Shown: positions 9,901 to 21,900 of the stretch, one piece after another
Layout of the letters: every line of letters starts with the position of its first letter
Position numbering within the stretch: the first letter of the stretch is position 1
Source: Macrostomum lignano
Lineage: Eukaryota
NCBI GenBank assembly: GCA_002269645.1
Contig: NIVC01000466.1
Coordinates: 1 to 25,568 of the forward strand
Length of the DNA: 25,568 nucleotides
Direction of reading: 5' to 3'
Made by a program: the position numbers and the translations under genes
The notes under the pieces: generated by a model
What the model was told of the DNA's origin: nothing
The model's input: the letters and a program-made list of their open reading frames with translations, nothing else
Databases searched by the model: none

Positions 9901-12900
9901 TTGAACCTCAACAATCAATCATTGAGTAAACCTCAACAATCAATCATTGAGTAAACCTCAACAATCAATCATTGAGTAAACCTCAACAATCAATCATGGA
10001 TTGAACCTCAACAATCAATCATTGAGTAAACCTCAACAATCAATCATTGATTGAACCTCAACAATCAATCATTGAGTAAACCTCAACAATCAATCATTGA
10101 GTAAACCTCAACAATCAATCATGGATTGAACCTCAACAATCAATCATTGATTGAACCTCAACAATCAATCATTGAGTAAACCTCAACAATCAATCATTGA
10201 GTAAACCTCAACAATCAATCATTGATTGAACCTCAACAATCAATCATTGAGTAAACCTCAACAATCAATCATTGAGTAAACCTCAACAATCAATCATGGA
10301 TTGAACCTCAACAATCAATCATTGAGTAAACCTCAACAATCAATCATTGAGTAAACCTCAACAATCAATCATTGAGTAAACCTCAACAATCAATCATGGA
10401 TTGAACCTCAACAATCAATCATTGAGTGAACCTCAACCACCAACCTTTCAGTAAAGATCAACCACCAACCCTTGAGTAAACCTCAACCAACCCTTGAGTG
10501 AACTTTAAGCTCCAACCTTTGAGTGAACCCCAAGCCAATCAGCATTGCTCTATCGCCCATCATCTCGCAGAGTTTATTTCGCGGCATCAGCATCAAGCGT
10601 ACTCGCAGCATTGCCAAATTGGACTCCCGCGCCAGCAGCAGCAGAGCCGCCGGCAACAGGCCGCCAAGTAGAGAGAATCAATATTATCAATCGTCTGATA
10701 GTCACCATAGCAACACTAATAATTCTTCTTTGGCTAGCGGCAGTCAAGATCAGTCCGGCAGTTTGCAGTCGAGAGGCGCCGATGTCGCTGGCGGAGGTGT
10801 CTGGCACGATCGACAGGCCTCCGGTGGACTTCAGGGCCCGATGGCTAGGGTTGCTATGGATTCAGATGATGAGTACGTGTGAGACAATGTGCACAATGGG
10901 CTGTTTACAGAATGGTTGGGGTTGGTTGAGGTTCACTGCGGGTTGGTGGTTGAGGTTCACTGCGGGTTGATTGAGGTTCACTGAGGATTGGTGGTTGAGG
11001 TTCACTCAAGGGTTCGTTGAGGTTCACTCAAGGGTTGGTTGAGGTTCACTCAAGGGTTGGTTGATGTTGACTGAGGGATTGGTTGAAGTTGACTGGGGGT
11101 TGGTTGAGGTTCACTGAGGGGTTGGTTGAGGTTCACTGAGGGGTTGGTTGAGGTTCACTGAGGGGTTGGTTGAGGTTTACTGAGGGGTTGGTTGAGGTTC
11201 ACTGAGGTTTGGTGGTTGAGGTTCACTGAGGTTTGGTGGTTGAGGTTCACCGAAGGGTTGGTGGTTGAGTTTCACTGAAGGTGTGTCTGACACTAATAAT
11301 AGCTAGCTAAACCTCCTACGTCTTTGCGCAGCCCTTCGGCAGCCATGAAGCGATCAATCAGCATGGGCCGCCTTGGCCGCCAGCAGCCGCCACCACCACC
11401 ACCACAGCAGCAGCAGCAACAGCATCGCCAATTGCCGGTAAATTCAAAACAGCGCGGTCAGGCCAGCAGCGGTTCTGGGCCTCTCAGTCTAGTTTCGAGC
11501 TGTGTGCCTATCAGTAGCAGCAGCAGTGGCCCAGGAACCGGTGGCGGCGACGGCAGCTTTGAAGACGATGACATGAAACAGAAGGCCAATGCTGCCGCCG
11601 CTTCAGATCCTGCTAGCAGCGGGTGAGTTTTATCCCATCGCTTTGGGATTTTATTAGAGCAAGGGTTAGGGCAAACTCCGATCCGCGAAACCTTTATCCG
11701 ACCCTCGGGTCCTTTGAAACTGTACAATAGCAATCCGGCCCGCTCAAGCTTTGTGTCTCTTCTCAGCTCTCTTGCCTCCTCTTTCCCCTCTTCTCTCTTC
11801 TCTCTATTTTCATTTCTCATCTTATCTGTCTTCTTCTCATCTCTCATCTGGCCCTTGGAGTGGATAAGTTTGCCGGAGCCCTGCTCTAAAAGAGAGGAGA
11901 TCAGAAAAAAGACGTAAGCATTGATTAGGCCGGATCGCTATCGTGAAGTTTCAAAGGATCCTGAAGGCCGCATAGAGAGGCTTCGTGGGCCGGAGTTTGC
12001 CCCTGCTGATATGTTAGGGCTTTGGCATCATAGCCTCCCTTTAAGCCCTTAGATGCTTGGCTTACCAATAACTCCTTATTTGAGCATTGGCATCTCAGCG
12101 ATTCCCTCTGTGATGAGATCTAGCATCTCAGCGATTCCCTCTGTGATGAGACCTGGCATCTCAGCGATTCCCTCTGTGATGAGATCTAGCATCTCAGCGA
12201 TTCCCTCTGTGATGAGATCTGGCATCTCAGCGATTCCCTCTGTGATGAGACCTGGCATCTCAGCGATTCCCTCTGTGATGAGACCTGGCATCTCAGTAAA
12301 TATAATTAATATTTTATAATTTTATTAGAAAACGGTTTAGAAACCTTTTAATAATTTTTGTAGGGCCAGGGTCATTCGAGGTCATAGTTAGTCAAGAGAA
12401 AACATTTTAATGATTCACAGTATTTTTTATCAATATAATAGAATAAATTTCGGTAGCAATATGCGCATATTTTTTACTGTACTTGTAGTAGTCAATATAT
12501 AAGTATACCGGTGTAAAAATTCCTATGCACCTTAGTTGGTAAATGGGAAAAGTTCAAACGGAATTAATTTTTTTTTCTGGTCATTCAACGCTAAAAAAAG
12601 GGAGAAAGGAATTCCGAATTTCGCTTCTACATCTGGCTGTTTACTGACTCTAGGCCATGGGACAGCTGCGTGTGTGTGTGTGTTCCAATGTATTGTGTCC
12701 ATTCACTGTCCAAACACATGTCTAATGCTTTTGCATAGCTTCACGAATTCAGTTCTGTAACAGTTGGTTCGGCTATTTCTGATTATTCTGTTTGGCTATT
12801 TCTAACCTCTAACTCTGCGAATGGTTGAAGAATCTCCGGGTCGGATCTGCCATTACATTTGTTTTTCTATTTTGTTATCTTATCTTTTGCCCTATAGGAA

Positions 12901-15900
12901 AATTCGGCTTTTATCCTAATTATTTTTCGAGGATAGAGTATCTCCACTTTCTAATGAATTAGGACGCTAAAAGTTCTCTGTTTGTGTTCGAGTAAAGCGG
13001 GTGCCGTTGCTTTGGTGTGCCAGCAGCCCATGCTCGATGCCAAGTGCAGTCGCATTAATTTGTGGCTAAATTGGAATCTCGGCTTGGCTCTGCTCGTGCA
13101 ATCAACGCCCAGCTTGAGGGCCAACCCCCAAGGCACAGTGAAGTGAACATGCCTAACGATAAATAAAATTTAGGGCCGCTGTACACTCCTGTGTGAGTGT
13201 GTGCCTGTGCGTATGACTGCGTACGTATCCGCGCGCTTGTGTGCCTGCTCAGGGGAGTCGGCGGAATGGGGGCAAGTAATGCCTGTCACCGGTTGTGTGA
13301 CAATGTCGCTTAAAGTGCGCCAGGGTGCGCACAGGCCCTGTCTCCAATCACAATATACTAAAGTGTGTTTTTTGAGTTTCGATTGTTTGGGAAAATTAAA
13401 AGACGAAATTCGGCCAGCAGCTATCGAAGAGGCACGCGCTCATACTGGATGTACATTGGCCCTGACTATAGTCAGGCAGTGTTTAGTGGATGGGTTACAA
13501 GGAATCGAACCCTGGCAGTTCTTTGTTGTTATTAATAGTAATAATAATTTATTACACCTGCCTAATGGCCAGATGTGCAACCGACAGCTCAGCCGCAGCT
13601 ACGAGTATTGCGCGGCGCATCTGAAGGCTGCGTACGGCTGTTCAGTCCAAGGACTGGGGGTCGCCACACACACCCTCAATTACCCCAGCTAATGCTGGCA
13701 CCAATTTTACAGCTCGGGGTGAACTGAAGCAATGCAGAGTTAAGTGTCTTGCTCAATGACAAATTGTTTATAGTGGGTCGAGAATGGAACCCCTGAACCT
13801 CCAATCACCAAACTACAACCCCTTGTATAATTATTAATATGAAAAAACTTTCACCTCATTAGCGGATGCTTAATAATAATAAATCCTCTATAAATAAAAT
13901 CTCCCAAGACTAAATGCAGGGTGAACGTGTTGTTAGTCTTAGTTGATTGATAGATTCTACTTATAACTCTCGGGTTTTGCGTATATTTATATTTTTCACG
14001 CGATCTACACTTTAATCGAAGTTTCGTACAGCAATTTCCCTCAGTCCATCTGTCTTACTTTCCGGCATAAGTTTCTATTTTTATTCGCGGCAGCCCACCG
14101 TTAGCCTATCGGGGTTTCGCATTCGGGACTGCTTTGCCTATGCCTACCCGCCCCGCCCCCCCCCCTCCCTGCACCAGCAAACTGCATCCAAATACTAGGG
14201 CTGGCAAAAGCAGGTTGCATCTATGTGCATATATACATTAATACACACACAACCGTTTATAAACTGCAACGGTTATTAGAAATTTTATTACATATAACCA
14301 CCAAGATTGAAGTAAGGCAATGCTGCTTTAACAACAGAACTGCAGGCAAATATTAATCAATTATGATTTATTTAAAAAAGCGACTAGGCGTTAAAGATAA
14401 ACGCAGTTTGGCCGCACCTGCCAGGCCTCAGGTGCGGGTGTCATTATTTAGCAATCGATACCGATCGGAGACCGAACCAATCAACCTGTCTGGGCTGGCT
14501 AAACCGCCAGCTCGGCCATCTAGCGTGTATTGTTCGGCTAGTTGCGGCAGTGAAGTCTCTAGCAAACCGGTCAGACCGGTGTCCTGCATTCTCCTGCCCT
14601 CTCCGACCCTGTCGCATTATGATAATTATGAATTGAGTACTGCTGGATCAACTGCTACAGCTAGAAGTACTAATGACCGAATCGGTGCTGAATTCCTGCC
14701 TAACTGGTGAGCTGATGTGTCAGGATGGGTCTTGAGTAGGTGTGGGTGAAGTGGGGAGTGTCAGTGAAGTGGGGGGTGTCAGTGAAGTGGGGAGTGTCAG
14801 TGAAGTTTGGGGTGTCAGTGAATTGGAGAGTGTCAGTGAAGTGGAGAGTGTCAGTGAAGTGGAGAGTGTCGGTGAAGTGGAGAGTGTCAGTGAAGTGGGG
14901 GTGTCAGAGAAGTGTGGAGTGTCAGTGAAGTGAGGGGTGTCAGTGAAGTGGGGAGTGTCAGTGAAGTGGGGAGTGTCAGTGAAGTGGGGGGTGTCAGTGA
15001 AGTGGGGGGTGTCAGTGAAGTGGGGAGTGTCAGTGAAGTGGGGGGGGTGTCAGTGAAGTGGGGAGTGTCAGTGAAGTAGACAATTATAGACAATTATAAT
15101 TGAATATAGTTATAAAAATCACAATCACGTGTTATACAGTGACAATTAAATTTTTTAGTAAACGTTTCGAAGGCACAACAGTTTCAATGAGTGTGTTTAG
15201 ATTTTAGGACGCTGGTGCAAACGATTTTCACATAGAGAATTTGCTCTGTTTTATTGATAATGAGGTTTTACCCACTATAATTTTAAGGTGTGTGCCAGAG
15301 AAACTTACCTACACTGTATGCTATGTTTATACCTGCTGTGGTTAAACCTGCCGTTTTATCAGGTACACTTATCAAATTATGGAAAGGTTTCAATTTTCAA
15401 TTTTTAGCCTATAGTTGTTAATTTAAAAATGCTTGACATTGTGAAGACTGTGCTTGTGTTGCATGTGTTAGCCTACACAGGACATACTTTACAGGAAATG
15501 AGTTTAGTTCTACTAAGCTATATACTGGGGTATATAGAAATTTTAGCTATTCACAAACGCGTGACTCACCCTCTGACATGTGTGCGAAATCAAGTGCGGG
15601 CCAACCGCGTCAAAGGCGCGGACAGAGAGAGAGAGCCTTACTCTCTCACTCTCTTATCCGTTTCTTACTGCTGAACTTGTTCATGACTATTATTTAAGTC
15701 AGTAACAAGTGTGTTGAGCTGACTCATTTTTTATTAAAAATGATCAAATGATTTTGTCATAGTTTGCTACTAAAAGAAACAAAAAGAAAACTATGGACGA
15801 CGTATTGTCAGTGCTAGGCAAGTTGACCAGATTAGCGGAAGAATCGCGTCGGAGAAAATGCCAATCACAATCGGTGTTCTACTTTAGTTTGGTGTAAGTT

Positions 15901-18900
15901 TCGGCTCTGCGAGCTCGTATCCTCATAGCTGTTGCCTTATGGGATTCTGGATCTATATATCCACCTACCTGTTCAGTAGTAGCTGGTCACTGAGTAGTCA
16001 CTGAAGCTGAACCTACCTGTCTGAATAGTAGTCACTGAGGCTGAACCTACCTGTCTGAATAGTAGGCACTGAGGCTGAACCTACCTGTCTTAATAGTAGT
16101 CACTGAGGGAACCTACCTGTCTAAATAGTAGGCACTGAAGCTGAACCTACCTGTCTGAATAGTAGGCACTGAAGCTGAACCTACCTGTCTGAATAGTAGG
16201 CACTGAAGCTGAACCTACCTGTCTTAATAGTAGGCACTGAGGGAACCTACCTGTCTGAATAGTAGTCACTGAGGCTGAACCTACCTGTCTGAATAGTAGT
16301 CACTGAAGCTGAACCTACCTGTCTGAATAGTAGGCACTGAAGCTGAACCTACCTGTCTGAATAGTAGTCACTGAGGCTGAACCTACCTGTCTGAATAGTA
16401 GTCACTGAGGCTGAACCTACCTGTCTGAATAGTAGTCACTGAAGCTGAACCATAAAACACCTGAAGCACCCTTAAGCTAAAGCTATGAGCTGGATTTTCA
16501 CCGGGTTTCCGTAGTTCGCGTCAAAATTCAAAACGGTTTTCGAACAACGCTACGCCTAAATTTTCGAATGCGGAACGCACAGGCTGACTTGTCAATCATA
16601 CGCACGTCAGCACCTCCGCTTGCATCTGTCTGTCCGTGCAGGATGCGCTGTCAGCTTTATATATGGGACAAAAAAAAACATTTTCCCACAACTTGGTGTA
16701 TCAAATGCATTCCGTTTAACCTCGATTTTCATCTATCAGGGGCAACAGCCTTCGCTCGGCGCTGTCGCACGAGTCTCTGCTGCAGTTGGCGGCCTCGTCT
16801 GCCTCGGCTGTCACCGCGCCGTTGCAGATGAACTCCGGCACCGAAGTGCGTCCGGTGCACCAGTCCCTGATGCCCGGCCTTCCGGCAGCTTCTGCGGCAT
16901 TCGCTGTTGCTGGCGGCGGAGCTCCGGCCGCCGATCGCGGCGGAGTCAATCGATATTTTGCTGCCCAGTCGGTGGACGAAGCTAAAAAATGGCAGGACGG
17001 GTAAGATTTAGATAATTGCAACGGCTTAGTAACAGCATGGCAACCGACTAAGAAAATTAAATAAACCATATAACAGAAAAATAGAAACGGCAACCACTTA
17101 AAAACTGCGTAGTAACCACTTAGAGACCATGTAGCAACCGTTTAGAAACCGCATAGCAACCACATAGAAACCGTATAGTAACCACTAAGAGACCGTGTAG
17201 CTAGCACTTAGAAACATCATAGTAACTACTTAGAAACAGCATAGCAACCTCTTAGAGACCACATAACAACCGCATAGAGACCGCATAGCAACAACCATAT
17301 AGCAACCAGCATATTAACAACAGCTTAGAAACCTAGCAAAGAAACTATGAAAGATTTCTCTTATTAATTATGCGATTCTTTTCCTTTTCTAAAACTGCTT
17401 AGTTTAACAAAATACATTAGTCATTCATTGAATCGTTGTAAATGGAAAAGTAAATGTTTATAATCAGCCCTCTTCCCAAACAGTTTGGTGTACTTTTACA
17501 GTCTTTACTATATTAAACACGTCTTCCATGGCAAACACGGCAGTGACTTTTTCTGTTTTTACCGTAATGAATTTTAGCTTTTCCTGTTTTCCTCCGCTTG
17601 AAGTCTTCTGCCTCCCCCCTTCTTTCACAGATTCTCGATTTCTCTTTCCTGCGCAAAAGCAAAAAAATCTCGACTGTCTGGACTTCCTTTTTTGTTGCTT
17701 TTTCCAGTAGCTTAGTCTCCTTGTCTGTCTCCGCTCTCTCGGCAAAAGCCCGTGGGACGCGTTGTGGCTTGGCATTTTACAAAACGGGTGTCACATTGGA
17801 ATACGCACCGGTTCTAACGAAAGTTAATTATGCCCAGTTTGAGAGAGAGTGGCCTTAGCTGACCCTGTTGTTGTTTTTGTTGATTGTGTGTGTTTCTCGG
17901 TGCAGTTAGAACTTGAAATTTGAGTTCTTTCACCCACTGTCTGAGTGGTATTTTTGAATGCACTGTAAGTTAGTATTGCTTAGTACAGTGGTATATTAGT
18001 CTAACAAATTCAATCTGTGACACTTGAAAGTCACTACGTAGTGAGTTGAAAGATTTTACAAACATACTGTAATTTACACACTAGCTCACGTGTCTCGAAG
18101 TAGTGGCTGTCTCTGGTTAATGCAAGACTATAATCAATATTATTGTGTGTTCCTAACTTACTACTTTATTTGGAATAGTAGTAGGCTGTAACTAAGAATT
18201 CAGGCTCTTTTTTGGTAGTATGACTTTCTAGGCGTTTCTTTGGGTTTGCTTTTTTGAAGGCCTATAGCCCTAAGCTTTACCCAGTCACTAATTAGATTTT
18301 TTCTTCCTTAACAAGGGAAGGACTGACTGAAAAGTGTCGCTGCTTATATGCACTCTCTCTGTCTTGCTGTGTTCCACAAACGCATCGATTGCACTAAACG
18401 CATTTACTAACTATATAGCTTAGGAATTGAGAATTAGGACAGGTGGGATTTCAAGTGACCAAATGTGACGGCGTGTTAACTGCTTACGCTATTAGTGAGG
18501 CAATTTGTCGTAGTATGTAGTAAGAAGTATAAATTGGTTGGAGCAGATCGTATAAGATTTATAGGGAATAGAACACACTATAGTGGTTGGAGTTGTAACA
18601 ATAGTATAGACAGAATAGAGCAGACATTTTTGGGTGCTAGAACAGACATTTGCAGGGGTAGAACAGACATTAGCAGGGGTAGAACAGACATTAGCAGGGG
18701 GTAGAACAGACATTAGCAGGGGCTAGAACAGACATTAGCAGGGGGTAGAACAGACATTAGCAGGGGTAGAACAGACATTAGCAGGGGTAGAACAGACATT
18801 AGCAGGGGGTAGAACAGACATTAGCAGGGGCTAGAACAGACATTAGCAGGGGGTAGAACAGACATTAGCAGGGGGTAGAACAGACATTAGCAGGGGGTAG

Positions 18901-21900
18901 AACAGACATTAGCAGGGGTAGAACAGACATTAGCAGGGGGTAGAACAGACATTAGCAGGGGGTAGAACAGACATTAGCAGGGGTAGAACAGACATTAGCA
19001 GGGGTAGAACAGACATTAGCAGGGGCTAGAACAGACATTAGCAGGGGTAGAACAGACATTAGCAGGGGGTAGAACAGACATTAGCAGGGGGTAGAACAGA
19101 CATTAGCAGGGGTAGAACAGACATTAGCAGGGGTAGAACAGACATTAGCAGGGGCTAGAACAGACATTAGCAGGGGTAGAACAGACATTAGCAGGGGCTA
19201 GAACAGACATTAGCAGGGGTAGAACAGACATTAGCAGGGGTAGAACAGACATTAGCAGGGGGTAGAACAGACATTAGCAGGGGTAGAACAGACATTAGCA
19301 GGGGGTAGAACAGACATTAGCAGGGGTAGAACAGACATTAGCAGGGGGTAGAACAGACATTAGCAGGGGGTAGAACAGACATTAGCAGGGGGTAGAACAG
19401 ACATTAGCAGGGGGTAGAACAGACATTAGCAGGGGGTAGAACAGACATTAGCAGGGGTAGAACAGACATTAGCAGGGGTAGAACAGACATTAGCAGGGGT
19501 AGAACAGACATTAGCAGGGGTAGAACAGACATTAGCAGGGGTAGAGCAGACATTACTAGACATTAGGTTGGGAGAAGAACGCTATTTTTTATGCTCCAGG
19601 AATCGTTCGTCATCTGTTACCTTAACAATGTACGTATAATTCCTATATCTGTTTATCTTGTTCTGTTCTCTAACACTAGGTCTAGAACTTGGTTTTCACA
19701 TAGCTGACCTTTTTAAGTGAAAACACAACATTTGGGTCATGGCTTTTCTAAATTTATTCGGGAGGAATATGGCAGCACAAATGTTTAACTGTTTGTTTAT
19801 CATGACGCGATAAGCCACAGCCACTGTGCGATGCCTCTTTATCTCTAGCTTAGCTCTCTAGGAAATTTATAAATATGAAAACAGAGAGTGGACCGTGCTG
19901 TGCTTGACCAGGGGTGCAGCTGCTATGTTTTTGCTTGATATAGAGATTGCATTATATCATGACTCCATCAGCTATTATGCCGTCTGTTCGATCAAAGGAT
20001 TAAGCCAGTAAAGAGGAGATGAGGGAGCTGGTGACAGAGGATGAGGGAGAGTGGCAGATAGGGGATGAGGGAGAGTGGCAGGTAGGGGATGAAGGAGAGT
20101 GGCAGATAAGGGATGAGGGAGAGTGGCAGATAGGGAATGAGGGAGAGTGGCAGATAGGGGATGAGGGAGAGTGGCAGATAGGGGATGAGGGAGAGTGGCA
20201 AATAGGGGATGAGGGAGAGTGGCAGATAGGGGATGAGGGAGAGTGGCAGGTAGGGGATGAAGGAGAGTGGCAGATAAGGGATGAGGGAGAGTGGCAGATA
20301 GGGAATGAGGGAGAGTGGCAGATAAGGGATGAGGGAGAGTGGCAGATAGGGGATGAGGGAGAGTGGCAAATAGGGGATGAGGGAGAGTGGCAAATAGGGG
20401 ATGAGGGAGAGTGGCAAATAGGGGATGAGGGAGAGTGGCAAATAGGGGATGAGGGAGAGTGGCAAATAGGGGATGAGGGAGAGTGGCAAATAGGGGATGA
20501 GGGAGAGTGGCAAATAGGGGATGAAGGAGAGTGGCAGATAAGGGATGAGGGAGAGTGGCAAATAGGGGATGAGGGAGAGTGGCAGATAGGGGATGAGGGA
20601 GAGTGGCAGATAGGGGATGAGGGAGAGTGGCAGATAGGGGATGAGGGAGAGTGGCAGATAAGGGATGAGGGAGAGTGGCAGATAAGGGATGAGGGAGAGT
20701 GGCAAATAGGGGATGAGGGAGAGTGGCAAATAGGGGATGAGGGAGAGTGGCAAATAGGGGATGAGGGAGAGTGGCAAATAGGGGATGAGGGAGAGTGGCA
20801 AATAGGGGATGAGGGAGAGTGGCAAATAGGGGATGAGGGAGAGTGGCAAATAGGGGATGAGGGAGAGTGGCAAATAGGGGATGAGGGAGAGTGGCAAATA
20901 GGGGATGAGGGAGAGTGGCAAATAGGGGATGAGGGAGAGTGGCAGATAAAGGATGATGGAGAGTGGCAGATAGGGGATGAGGGAGAGTGGCAGATAGGGA
21001 ATGAGGGAGAGTGGCAGATAGGGGATGAGGGAGATCGAGTGGCAGATAGGGGATGAGGGAGAGTGGCAGATAAGGGATGAGGGAGAGTGGCAAATAGGGG
21101 ATGAGGGAGAGTGGCAAATAGGGGATGAGGGAGAGTGGCAAATAGGGGATGAGGGAGAGTGGCAAATAGGGGATGAGGGAGAGTAGCAAATAGGGGATGA
21201 GGGAGAGTGGCAAATAGGGGATGAGGGAGAGTGGCAAATAGGGGATGAGGGAGAGTGGCAGATAAAGGATGATGGAGAGTGGCAAATAGGGGATGAGGGA
21301 GAGTGGCAAATAGGGGATGAGGGAGAGTGGCAGATAAAGGATGATGGAGAGTGGCAGATAGGGGATGAGGGAGAGTGCTAGATAGGGGCATAAGAGGTTA
21401 AAGTGAGAAGGCCCTTCAACAATCAGTGCAGTGCAGGCGGACTACTACTAAGTCGCTACATTCGACGCGCAGTTGTATCGAGGCTCTGCTTGGCTGGTCT
21501 GTGAAACGCAGCGGCCCCATCCCATATCTCTGATCCTCTCTGTGCGTTTCTCTCTGTCTCTCTCTCAGTAGCCTTCGCTTCCCAATCGCAGCGCTCCCGA
21601 AATGCTGTTCCTTTTTCGCTTATCAACTGTACAACCCGCTGGTCTATCCCCACCCCCCGCCCTGTTCCTCTTATTTGGGACCAAATTGCATTTGGGAGAG
21701 AAGGCAAAAAATCGCGCTCTCTATAAGCTAGCAAAGCTAAACTGCAATGGCTTCCTCATTCCCCTCGCCAGTGCAATCGCAATACAGATAGATAGATTAG
21801 ATTTATCTGTATAAGATTGCTTTACATCTCTAAGCAATTATATCATAAATATTATCAAGCAGATATTTTTAATGCATTCCAATGATACCAAAGTCTGTGA

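Noticed and set aside
12053-12319. CRISPR array or repeat peptide (GISAIPSVMRS)n
   Set aside because: No spacers; the 33-bp period explains the open frames on both strands.
13201-13692. 163-aa ORF
   Set aside because: It runs through a dispersed repeat and SINE-like fragments (B-box-like ggaatcgaacc at 13501); no recognisable domain or fitting splice sites.
16568-17093. Overlapping alternative-frame and antisense ORFs (also at 10545-10970, 10574-10807, 11458-11847)
   Set aside because: Shadows of GC-rich true exons.
19975-21391. Four long ORFs (309-463 aa) on both strands, including (IGDEGEWQ)n
   Set aside because: They are a by-product of a 24-bp stop-poor tandem unit inside an intron, with no unique flanking coding sequence or fitting splice sites.
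21430-21800. CpG-richer unique patch as an alternative promoter or exon
   Set aside because: No convincing donor or phase-compatible ORF found, so it cannot be supported from sequence alone.
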